A DNA stretch of 25,735 nt from a virus (taxonomy: Duplodnaviria; Heunggongvirae; Uroviricota; Caudoviricetes): the IMG/VR virus record IMGVR_UViG_2534681655_000008; one strand, 5' to 3'. The position numbers were made by a program, and so were the translations under genes. Shown here one piece after another: positions 1 to 7,217 of the stretch. Below the pieces are notes generated by a model, which was not told the DNA's origin, did not search any database, and worked only from the letters and a program-made list of their open reading frames with translations. The stretch's first letter is position 1, and the number at the start of each line of letters is the position of its first letter.

Positions 1-392
1 TACAGGACTTCATGCTGGGAGCGGTGGAACGCCGCTTCGGCAACGATCTTCCGTCGTCTCCAGTGGAGTGGCTGACGGATAATGGTTCATGCTACCGGGC
101 TAATGAAACACGCCAGTTCGCCCGGATGTTGGGACTTGAACCGAAGAACACGGCGGTGCGGAGTCCGGAGAGTAACGGAATAGCAGAGAGCTTCGTGAAA
201 ACGATAAAGCGTGACTACATCAGTATCATGCCCAAACCAGACGGGTTAACGGCAGCAAAGAACCTTGCAGAGGCGTTCGAGCATTATAACGAATGGCATC
301 CGCATAGTGCGCTGGGTTATCGCTCGCCACGGGAATATCTGCGGCAGCGGGCTTGTAATGGGTTAAGTGATAACAGATGTCTGGAAATATAG
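1..392 (+). CDS. insD: IS2 transposase OrfB (InsD) C-terminal fragment, 5' truncated by window edge
   Basis: Translation ...[28 protein letters not shown]...[24 protein letters not shown] matches the integrase-core (rve) C-terminus of IS2 OrfB; stop TAG at 390-392. Confidence 0.85.
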   Translation, partial: QDFMLGAVERRFGNDLPSSPVEWLTDNGSCYRANETRQFARMLGLEPKNTAVRSPESNGIAESFVKTIKRDYISIMPKPDGLTAAKNLAEAFEHYNEWHPHSALGYRSPREYLRQRACNGLSDNRCLEI

Positions 393-403
393 GGGCAAAT
401 CCA
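1..403 (+). mobile_element. IS2 (IS3 family), 3' portion only; element continues beyond window start; right terminal repeat ends at GGGGCAAATCCA (392-403)
   Basis: Sequence matches recalled IS2 right end, including the orfB C-terminus and the terminal TAGGGGCAAATCCA; an adjacent phage ORF reads into the IS. Confidence 0.85.
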
Positions 404-829
404 CCAGTCTTCAATCCATTCTGCCAGTGACTTCTGGGAGTTACGCTCACCGTTAACAGACAACAGAGCAGAGAACGGTGCTGTCTTTTTCAGTTTGAGA
501 GTGGCGGTGTTATCTGCGTGACCTGGTTCATCAATAGTACCCAGATTAAGCACACTGACGGCACGCATATTATCAGCATCGATAAAGCAGCGGGTGCCTT
601 CATCTGCAAGATCTTTAGAATAACGGGTAAAGTCATCGATGCTGGCAGTGGAAAGCGCACCACGGAAACGTAAGCGATTTAAATTAAATTTTTCCAGATC
701 ATGAATGCGGAAATTCTCGGGCAATGCCACAGCATCGGCACCAATCTTACTGATAATTTCATTAACACCCTGAGCAGAAATAAGGGCATGGATTTGATTA
801 ATTGCGGTTGCGTCTAAGTTCTGAGACAT
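404..829 (-). pseudogene. Phage early protein of unknown function, N-terminal 142 codons only; 3' end replaced by IS2
   Basis: ATG at 829 with GAGGA Shine-Dalgarno 7 nt upstream; reading frame runs into IS2 at 403/404 and ends in IS-derived residues. Confidence 0.6.
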
Positions 830-894
830 AATAAGTCCTCACTATATAAAGATATTCAGTGATGAGATAAATAATCAGTTAATTAAGAACGATA

Positions 895-1257
895 TTAATG
901 ACCTGCTGCGCGGAGTTTTCCGTCAGGTTCACCGGCAAGAGTCAGTAATTGTCCCTGGTCTTCCTGCAGAATAGTCAGGCGACCACCGCGATTGACATAC
1001 ATCGGCGTTTCGGTGGTGTCTTCTTCGGAAATTTTCCCGCGGTTAGTCGGGCGGACATATGAGAGTTTATGTTTGATTTTCACACGGCTCTCATCAAACG
1101 GTTCGATTTCCAGGTTGAGTGAGACCTTACCTTTGGTTTTCGTGTTCATCACACCGGAAGCGACTTCACTGAGAACTGCGCCGATTTTGGTTTCAAATAC
1201 GCCGCCGTCCAGCTCCCCGATAAATGCCTGTACATCAGTACTGCGTTCGCTAGCCAT
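895..1257 (-). CDS. Hypothetical phage early protein (120 aa), first gene of the leftward operon
   Basis: ATG at 1257 preceded by GAGGAG Shine-Dalgarno; protein-like composition; the 182-aa upstream extension in the ORF track lacks a ribosome-binding site. Confidence 0.6.
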   Translation of the reverse strand: MASERSTDVQAFIGELDGGVFETKIGAVLSEVASGVMNTKTKGKVSLNLEIEPFDESRVKIKHKLSYVRPTNRGKISEEDTTETPMYVNRGGRLTILQEDQGQLLTLAGEPDGKLRAAGH

Positions 1258-1305
1258 TTTGCTGCTCCTCATCATATCGACCCTGCAAGGTCGGTTGGTT
1301 TCTCC

Positions 1306-1394
1306 ACAAAACAGAGAAGAACACCTGCGGTGGCAGCCGCCCGGATGGATTGGGTTATGAGCCCGTCGTCCGGTGATGCTCTTCTCTGTTTTGT
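1306..1394 (-). repeat. Perfect 15-bp inverted repeat ACAAAACAGAGAAGA (1306-1320) / TCTTCTCTGTTTTGT (1380-1394) enclosing a 59-nt GC-rich spacer with internal short stems
   Basis: Direct reverse-complement comparison; lies in the untranslated leader of the leftward operon. Confidence 0.7.
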
Positions 1395-1440
1395 AAAAAG
1401 AGCGGTACCAGCCGGAAGCAAGTGTACAAACTGGTACCGC
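1391..1440 (-). terminator. Terminator-like hairpin: 10-bp perfect stem GCGGTACCAG (1402-1411) / CTGGTACCGC (1431-1440), 19-nt loop, followed on the minus strand by UCUUUUUACAA; overlaps a boxA-like motif CGCTCTTTTTACAA
   Basis: Inverted repeat and U-tract read from sequence; GCUCUUU core resembles the recalled boxA consensus. Confidence 0.45.
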
Positions 1441-1885
1441 CAAAGCAGTGGCTGTTGTGGTGACCGGTGCTGATCTCCGGCTTGCGGTTATTTCAGACTC
1501 TCACGGGCGTTTAATTGCCCCGCCGAACAGCTCTTTTCCGCAATAGCTGCAATGTCTTTCGCGCATCAGCCTGCGCATTCACCACAACGCTGAGAGCACT
1601 TAGCCAGTTACGGCACCACACTTTGTCGCGGTTCCATAAATGCCCTCATCGTTGCACCCTGGTCTCTTCCCAGGCGTCAAACCGAATCGCCACGCTGGTT
1701 AGGCGTCTTATCAGCATCATCATTGACTTGCACATTCCGGCTACCTGGTTTGTTTGCTCGAGCAAGGAGTGGATTGTCCCCTTTAACGTCACCAGACCGC
1801 TAACGACGCATGTGCCATACGCCGTATTACAACCAAATTTTGTTAGTACCTTGTTTGTTGGTCTGGAAAGAAAGATAAAATGAAG

Positions 1886-1923
1886 TTGCGCATTATGCAA
1901 GTGTTTTATTGCGAGATGTGCAA
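1886..1923 (-). promoter_or_regulatory. Putative left operator / leftward promoter: two 15-bp imperfect palindromes TTGCGCATTATGCAA (1886-1900) and TTGCGAGATGTGCAA (1909-1923)
   Basis: Same TTGCG-N5-(A/T)GCAA pattern recurs beside the repressor start at 2692-2706; positioned just downstream of the repressor terminator. Confidence 0.45.
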
Positions 1924-1930
1924 TTTTATG

Positions 1931-1958
1931 GGAAATGAAAAGCCACCTTTGGGTGGCT
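1931..1958 (-). terminator. Rho-independent terminator of the repressor transcript
   Basis: 7-bp stem AGCCACC (1941-1947) / GGTGGCT (1952-1958) with TTTG loop, followed on the minus strand by UUUCAUUUCC; 21 nt downstream of the repressor stop. Confidence 0.65.
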
Positions 1959-1978
1959 AATTGATGAGGAGGTAAGGG

Positions 1979-2671
1979 TTAATTGTGTCGCTTAAGGGTT
2001 TGTGACTGGCTGATTAAGACCTTTCCAAAGACCATAAACCGGTGTTCATTTTCGCTGGTAATTCCCCATTCACGGTAAATCTGGTTATCAGAAATCACCA
2101 GTAGTTTGTCAGGTATCATTTGCAGTCGTTTGACATAAATTTTATCATCAAAACCAAATACATAGATACCATCTCCATCAAACTGATTGATACTGACATC
2201 AACGAAGATGAGATCTCCTGGCTCAATGGTTGGACACATACTGTCCCCACGAACGTTGATAACTTTAATGTGATTGGCTGGTCGTCCGCCAAACATCGAT
2301 ACAGCATTATCAGTTCTGTATTCAATGGCATGAATCACATCAATGACATCACCGCCCTGGATAAGGCCATTTCCCGCACTGGCACTGACATCCAGCATTT
2401 CAATACGGAATACATCCTTCACCTGCGCAACATCCTCACTAATACTGTTTTTACATACAGTATTACTTTTGAAGTCTGAGGTAAAGAGATCAGCAATATC
2501 AACACCTAAACTCCTGGCAATATTACTCAGGGCTTGTTCAGTGAATTGTTTCTGCTTACCTGTTTCCAGGCGCGAGATATTCGCCGCATCCACTCCTATT
2601 GCTTCAGCGAGATCGGCGATTTTCATGTTCTTCGCCTGGCGAAGTTGTCTGACTCGATTTCCTATGTTCAT
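1979..2671 (-). CDS. CI-like prophage repressor (N-terminal HTH_XRE domain, C-terminal S24 LexA-like autopeptidase domain)
   Basis: 230 aa; N-terminus IGNRVRQLRQAKNMKIADLAEAIGVDAANISRLETGK is a typical XRE HTH; C-terminal GDSM serine motif and downstream Lys; divergent from a cro-like gene; no Shine-Dalgarno before the ATG. Confidence 0.85.
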   Translation of the reverse strand: MNIGNRVRQLRQAKNMKIADLAEAIGVDAANISRLETGKQKQFTEQALSNIARSLGVDIADLFTSDFKSNTVCKNSISEDVAQVKDVFRIEMLDVSASAGNGLIQGGDVIDVIHAIEYRTDNAVSMFGGRPANHIKVINVRGDSMCPTIEPGDLIFVDVSINQFDGDGIYVFGFDDKIYVKRLQMIPDKLLVISDNQIYREWGITSENEHRFMVFGKVLISQSQTLKRHN

Positions 2672-2768
2672 GCGTTTATTACATTTCTTTATTGCGCGTT
2701 AAGCAAATCAACTTGCGCAAAATATTTGCGTGAAATAACATGCTCATCACGCAATATGTGGAGGTTAT
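2672..2768. promoter_or_regulatory. Immunity-region intergenic (right operator with divergent promoters)
   Basis: 97 bp between divergent repressor and cro starts; TTGCG/CGCAA half-sites at 2692-2706, 2713-2720, 2716-2730 (palindrome CGCAAAATATTTGCG) and 2726-2754. Confidence 0.6.
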
Positions 2769-3029
2769 ATGCAATCACCATTACGAAATGTGCGTAAGGC
2801 GCACGGGCTTACTTTGCAGCATGTTGCTGCGGGCGTTCAGGTTAATCCAGCAACGCTGAGTCGTATTGAGAGACTGGAACAAATTCCATCTATCGATCTT
2901 GCAGAGCGTCTGGCCAATTTTTTTAAGGGAGAAATCAGCGAAATGCAGATTCTCTATCCTGCACGCTTTCAATCTAGTCAAAACCGGAATGAGTTAAAAC
3001 CACAGGAACAGGAGGTAAGCCGTGGGTAA
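2769..3029 (+). CDS. Cro-like HTH regulator (86 aa)
   Basis: GGAGG Shine-Dalgarno 4 nt before ATG 2769; HTH motif LTLQHVAAGVQVNPATLSRIE; divergent from repressor. Confidence 0.75.
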   Translation: MQSPLRNVRKAHGLTLQHVAAGVQVNPATLSRIERLEQIPSIDLAERLANFFKGEISEMQILYPARFQSSQNRNELKPQEQEVSRG

Positions 3030-3566
3030 GCATCACTGGAAAGTGGAAAAACAACCTGAGTGGTACGTGAAAGCTATCAGAAAAACTATCGCGGCATTGC
3101 CAGGTGGTTACGCTGAAGCTGCTGACTGGCTGGATGTAACAGAGAACGCATTATTTAACCGGCCGATGGCGATCAGTTTTTTCCGTTGGGATGGGCAATG
3201 GTTTTACAGCGTGCGGCTGGTACTCACCACATTGCGGATGCTGTCGCACAGTCTGCTGGTGGGGTGTTTGTATCACTTCCTGAAATTGAGGAAGTAGAGA
3301 ACGCCGATATAAACCAGCGCCTGCTGGAAGTCATCGAACAGATCGGGAGTTACTCAAAGCAGATTCGTTCGGCAATCGAAGACGGGGTAGTGGAGCCACA
3401 TGAGCAGACAGCAATTAATGATGAGTTGTATCTGTCGATTTCGAAGCTCCAGGAACATGCGGCACTGGTCTACAAAATTTTCTGCGTTCCAGAAAAGAGT
3501 GACGCCCGCGAGTGTGCAGCTCCGGGCGTCGTGGCGTTTTGTGTCTGTGGAGAAACTAACGCATGA
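3022..3566 (+). pseudogene. Early gene downstream of cro with an apparent -1 frameshift at a T6 tract (3177-3182); function unknown
   Basis: Strong AGGAGGT Shine-Dalgarno before GTG 3022; 5' part protein-like to about 3180 then degenerates, while the other frame opens at 3159 and runs protein-like to a stop overlapping the next start (ATGA at 3563). Confidence 0.45.
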
Positions 3567-3891
3567 ACAGTTTAACGGCAAATAACCGTTGGTCGCAACA
3601 GCTGGTGGTCCGCGTGGCTGAACACCTGTTGTTACGGCATGAATGCAGATTACCAAATCACCTGGCTGTAAGTAACCACAGAGAACTTTACCTGACTGTG
3701 GGGGGCGAGTTGTGCAGGAACTTAACCGCTGGTTTCGTGACGGAAGAGGACTTTATGTTCATGTTATTCGTTGGGAGCCAGAAACACAGCGCGTTATCTA
3801 TCTTCGCAAAGACTACCCGCATGAGTGCTTTAGTCCTTTGTGGAAATTCAGGCGTGATTTTGTTGAGTGTGAAGGACCACCAGCACATTGA
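3563..3891 (+). pseudogene. Hypothetical early protein; start-coupled frame (3563 onward) and a better-looking frame (GTG 3712 to stop 3891) joinable at a G6 tract (3700-3705)
   Basis: ATG 3563 overlaps the upstream stop; the 3712-3891 frame encodes ...LYVHVIRWEPETQRVIYLRKDYPHECFSPLWKF..., more protein-like than the overlapping long-ORF frame. Confidence 0.3.
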
Positions 3892-4168
3892 TTCTGCCAT
3901 TCCGGGACGTTACACTGTTCAGGCACCTTATAAAGCGGGTGCCGGGCGTGGAAACCCGGAATTCACCAAAGCGCACAACCGCGCTCTTGCGGTTTTTTTG
4001 TGTCATGAGCAGCATTACGCCCAAATTATGGTGGGGCGTGCAGGGCCAACTTCGGTTGGGCCGGGTTCTTTGGTGACCGGTATTTCCACCCCTGTACGTC
4101 TCACCACCAATAAGGTCGTGGAAAGCCTTGGTGGTGAGTTATTTAAAATCACCAAAGAGGCTGCCATC

Positions 4169-4714
4169 ATGGCTACGATCCCAACCCTCACTCAACCTGA
4201 AATTGCCATCGTTGATGGTCAGGCTGTTACTTCATCCCTGGCTGTTGCCAACTTCTTCTCCAAACGTCATGACGATGTACTGAAAAAGATCCGCACGCTT
4301 GAATGCTCCGCATCATTCACTGCCCGCAATTTTTCGGTGAGTGATTACACCGATTGCACAGGCCGCAAACTACCTTGCTATCAAATAACCCGCGACGGCT
4401 TTGCGTTTCTTGCTATGGGTTTCACGGGTAAACGTGCTGCCCAGTTCAAAGAGGCATACATCAATGCCTTTAACCAGATGGAGAAACAGCTTTCAAGGCC
4501 CGCTGTACCGAGCGACGTTGCACATAACGCCAGCGTTCTCTGTTCCTACATTTCATCAATTCATCAGGTCTGGCTGCAGCAGCTTTATCCTATGTTGGCA
4601 AAAGCCGAATCTCCGCTGGCTGTTAGCTTATATGACTATATTAATGATGCTTCGGCGCTGGCCTGCCTCATAAATTTGTCGCTGAACCCTTCAGAGGTAA
4701 GGGGGCGCAAATGA
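4169..4714 (+). CDS. Phage regulatory protein Rha (antirepressor-like)
   Basis: ATG 4169 with AAGAGG Shine-Dalgarno; N-terminus MATIPTLTQPEIAIVDGQAVTSSLAVANFFSKRHDDVLKKIRTL...ITRDGFAFLAMGFTGKRAAQFKEAYINAFNQME is typical of the Rha family; the ORF track fuses it to 600 nt of dubious upstream frame. Confidence 0.7.
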   Translation: MATIPTLTQPEIAIVDGQAVTSSLAVANFFSKRHDDVLKKIRTLECSASFTARNFSVSDYTDCTGRKLPCYQITRDGFAFLAMGFTGKRAAQFKEAYINAFNQMEKQLSRPAVPSDVAHNASVLCSYISSIHQVWLQQLYPMLAKAESPLAVSLYDYINDASALACLINLSLNPSEVRGRK

Positions 4715-4935
4715 TCCGGAATATTTTCAAACGTTTTACCAATCAGACTTTCCGTTGTCCTCGTCCGGGTCAGTGGTACACCACGCCTGCAGGGCATGTT
4801 CTACGTGTTAGCCTGGTTGACCGTGAATGTCAGAAGGTGGTTTGTGAACCGCTGGGCCGTAATTACCGCGTCAGTATGCCGCTTATAGCCTTTCGCTCCA
4901 GAAAAAACATGAAGCATCTCGGAGGTGCAGCATGA
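4711..4935 (+). CDS. Small hypothetical protein (74 aa), start and stop overlap neighbouring genes
   Basis: ATGA overlap with rha stop and with the next start; several Cys residues; no recognisable family. Confidence 0.4.
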   Translation: MIRNIFKRFTNQTFRCPRPGQWYTTPAGHVLRVSLVDRECQKVVCEPLGRNYRVSMPLIAFRSRKNMKHLGGAA

Positions 4936-5750
4936 GTATGGAGCTGATGGTTAAAGCGATGAAAATTCGAGTGGGTAATCCATTGCGAAAACTGGTTCTG
5001 ATCAAGCTGGCTGATAATGCCAGCGATCAGGGTGAGTGCTGGCCCAGCTACCAGCATATTGCTGACCAGTGCGAGATTAGCAAACGTTCTGTGATGAATC
5101 ATATTGCGGCCCTTTGTGAGTCCGGGCTGGTAAAAAAAGTCACCCGGAAAGGTGAAAAAGGTAACTCAAGTAATATCTATCTCCTTCATCTGGATGGTGC
5201 AGGAGATTCACTAGGGGGTAGTGCAAATAATTCACTATCTGGTGCAGCAAATTCACCAGGTAGTGCAGGAGTTGCACCAGGGGGTAGTGCAGGAGATTCA
5301 CCCAGAACCAGTCACTCTTTTGAACCAGTCAAAGAACCAGTCAATGAACCAATAGCTGTTGGTGCATCAGTTGATGAGTCCGTGCGAGTTCGTTCAAACC
5401 GACCGGAATATTCTCCGGAGTTTGAGCAGGCATGGCTGGCATATCCCAAACGTGCTGGTGGCAATTCAAAATCTGCAGCCTTCAAAGCCTGGAAAGCCCG
5501 TTTGAATGAGGGGGTAAACCCCGAAACCATGCTGGAAGGTGTGAAACGCTATGCGGGCTGGGTATCTGCAATGGGTAACAGCGGCACACAATTTGTGAAA
5601 CAGGCTGTCACGTTCTTTGGTCCGGATCGTCATTTCGAAGAATCCTGGGAAGTTCCTGCGGTATCTGCAGCCAGACGTGAGGACCCGTACTTCAAATCCA
5701 GTTACGACAACGTGGACTACAGCCAGATCCCGGCAGGATTCAGGGGGTGA
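4932..5750 (+). CDS. Putative replication initiation / replisome organiser protein (N-terminal winged-helix domain, Gly/Ser-rich linker, C-terminal domain)
   Basis: GGAGGTG Shine-Dalgarno; N-terminus NPLRKLVLIKLADNASDQGECWPSYQHIADQCEISKRSVMNHIAALCESGLVKK resembles phage replication-protein HTH domains; position after the immunity region. Confidence 0.55.
   Translation: MSMELMVKAMKIRVGNPLRKLVLIKLADNASDQGECWPSYQHIADQCEISKRSVMNHIAALCESGLVKKVTRKGEKGNSSNIYLLHLDGAGDSLGGSANNSLSGAANSPGSAGVAPGGSAGDSPRTSHSFEPVKEPVNEPIAVGASVDESVRVRSNRPEYSPEFEQAWLAYPKRAGGNSKSAAFKAWKARLNEGVNPETMLEGVKRYAGWVSAMGNSGTQFVKQAVTFFGPDRHFEESWEVPAVSAARREDPYFKSSYDNVDYSQIPAGFRG
5196..5301 (+). repeat. Five iteron-like 16-bp direct repeats, consensus (A/G)GTGCAGGAGATTCAC, at 21-24 bp spacing (starts 5196, 5220, 5241, 5262, 5286); candidate replication origin inside the replication gene
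   Basis: Repeats read from sequence; followed by GAACCAGTCA direct repeats at 5305, 5322, 5334. Confidence 0.5.
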
Positions 5751-5752
5751 TC

Positions 5753-6241
5753 ATGAGTCTTTTGAATGACGTTCAGAAATTCATTGAAGCCCATCCGGGG
5801 TGTACTTCCGGAGACATTGCGGATGCTTTTGCAGGTTACTCACGGCAGCGCGTACTGCAGTCAGCAAGCAAGTTACGTCAGAGTGGGCGTGTGGCTCACC
5901 GTTGTGAAGGGGATACACGCAGACATTTCCCGCGCCTGACTGAGAGAGCGCAGGAGCCGGAACCACAACCAGTTCGTGAAACCAGACCTGTGCGCAATTT
6001 CTATGTCGGCACTAACGATCCCCGGGTGATTTTGTGCCTGACCCGCCAGGCTGAAGAACTGGAGTCAAGAGGCTTATACCGTCGTGCTGCAACCGTGTGG
6101 ATGGCGGCATTCCGTGAAAGCCACTCCCAGCCAGAACGAAACAATTTTCTGGCGCGTCGTGAGCGGTGCTTACGGAAAAGCAGCAAGCGCGCTGCATCGG
6201 GTGAAGAGTGGTATCTGTCAGGGAATTACGTGGGGGCTTAA
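5753..6241 (+). CDS. PerC-family-like transcriptional regulator (putative)
   Basis: C-terminal motif LTRQAEELESRGLYRRAATVWMAAF resembles the recalled PerC/Pch signature; ATG 5753 after a GGGGG ribosome-binding site. Confidence 0.4.
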   Translation: MSLLNDVQKFIEAHPGCTSGDIADAFAGYSRQRVLQSASKLRQSGRVAHRCEGDTRRHFPRLTERAQEPEPQPVRETRPVRNFYVGTNDPRVILCLTRQAEELESRGLYRRAATVWMAAFRESHSQPERNNFLARRERCLRKSSKRAASGEEWYLSGNYVGA

Positions 6242-6894
6242 TGAGTAATAAATATTGCCAGGCGCTGGTGGAACTGCGGAACAAACCAGCCCATGAACTG
6301 AAGGACGTGGGCGATCAGTGGCGCACGCCGGACAACATTTTCTGGGGAATTAACACCCTGTTTGGCCCGTTTGTTCTGGATCTGTTCACTGACGGTGATA
6401 ACGCCAAATGTGCTGCGTATTACACGGCGGAAGACAACGCGCTGGCGCATGACTGGTCAGAACGTCTTGCGGAGCTTAAAGGTGCTGCCTTTGGTAATCC
6501 CCCATACAGCCGCGCCAGTCAGCATGAGGGGCAATACATCACCGGCATGCGTTACATCATGAAGCATGCCAGTGCCATGCGTGATAAGGGCGGGCGCTAT
6601 GTTTTCCTGATCAAAGCTGCCACCAGCGAAGTTTGGTGGCCGGAAGATGCAGACCATATTGCTTTTATTCGCGGGCGTATTGGTTTTGAACTGCCTGCCT
6701 GGTTTATCCCGAAGGATGAGAAGCAGGTGCCGACAGGAGCGTTCTTCGCTGGTGCTATTGCTGTTTTCGACAAGACCTGGAAGGGACCGGCAATCAGCTA
6801 CATCGGGCGCGATGAACTTGAGGCATGTGGTGAGGCCTTTCTGGCGCAGGTTCGCCAGCAGGCGGAAAAACTGGTCAGGGAGATGGCGGCATGA
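6241..6894 (+). CDS. Phage DNA N-6-adenine methyltransferase (Dam-like)
   Basis: Catalytic NPPY motif (AFGNPPYS); ATG 6241 overlaps upstream stop (TAATG); typical phage Dam_MT family composition. Confidence 0.75.
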   Translation: MSNKYCQALVELRNKPAHELKDVGDQWRTPDNIFWGINTLFGPFVLDLFTDGDNAKCAAYYTAEDNALAHDWSERLAELKGAAFGNPPYSRASQHEGQYITGMRYIMKHASAMRDKGGRYVFLIKAATSEVWWPEDADHIAFIRGRIGFELPAWFIPKDEKQVPTGAFFAGAIAVFDKTWKGPAISYIGRDELEACGEAFLAQVRQQAEKLVREMAA

Positions 6895-7217
6895 CGACGT
6901 TAACTCAATGCCAGCAGCAGGTGCTGGATATGCTGATTTCTTACCAGAAAGAACGTGGCTTCCCGCCAACCAATCAGGAGGTGGCAACCATGCTGGGATA
7001 CCGTTCAGTGAATGCAGCGGTGGAGCATCTTCGCGCACTGGAGAAAAAAGGCGTCATCACGATAAAGCGTGGCGTGGCCCGGGGGATCACGCTTCATACC
7101 GCAGTGAAGGACGACGACAGCGAAGCGGTCGGGATTATCCGCTCACTGCTTGCCGGTGAGGAAAACGCAAGGCTGCGTGCAACCCACTGGTTACATGAGA
7201 GGGGCCTGAAAGCATGA
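6891..7217 (+). CDS. LexA N-terminal DNA-binding domain-like protein (winged HTH only, no peptidase domain)
   Basis: 108 aa; QQQVLDMLISYQKERGFPPTNQEVATMLGYRSVNAAVEHLRALEKKGVI resembles the LexA DNA-binding domain; ATGA overlap with dam stop. Confidence 0.6.
   Translation: MTTLTQCQQQVLDMLISYQKERGFPPTNQEVATMLGYRSVNAAVEHLRALEKKGVITIKRGVARGITLHTAVKDDDSEAVGIIRSLLAGEENARLRATHWLHERGLKA

Noticed and set aside
1515-1900. ORFs 1515-1883 (+) and 1646-1900 (-) in the leftward leader
   Set aside because: Low-complexity, Cys/Arg/Ser-rich translations with no ribosome-binding site; the minus-strand ORF would start on a TTG inside the operator-like repeat. Treated as non-coding leader.
1258-1978. N-like antiterminator gene in the leftward leader
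   Set aside because: No small Arg-rich ORF with a ribosome-binding site found on the minus strand between the putative promoter and the first gene; the antitermination idea therefore rests only on the RNA-level motifs.
3563-4714. Single 383-aa ORF in the six-frame track
   Set aside because: Only the C-terminal 182 aa (from ATG 4169, with its own Shine-Dalgarno) look like a Rha-family protein. The N-terminal 200 codons overlap a more protein-like ORF in another frame (3712-3891) and have odd composition, so I split it into a frameshifted upstream gene plus rha. Rha with an N-terminal extension (for example from ATG 4027) remains possible.
5196-5301. Tandem repeats as a possible CRISPR array
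   Set aside because: Repeats are 16 bp with 5-8 bp spacers, in-frame within a coding region (Gly/Ser linker), and no cas genes are present; an iteron/ori interpretation fits better.
6457-7038. 193-aa minus-strand ORF antisense to the Dam methyltransferase and LexA-like genes
   Set aside because: Overlaps two translationally coupled, motif-supported plus-strand genes; Pro/Arg/Leu-rich translation typical of an antisense artefact.
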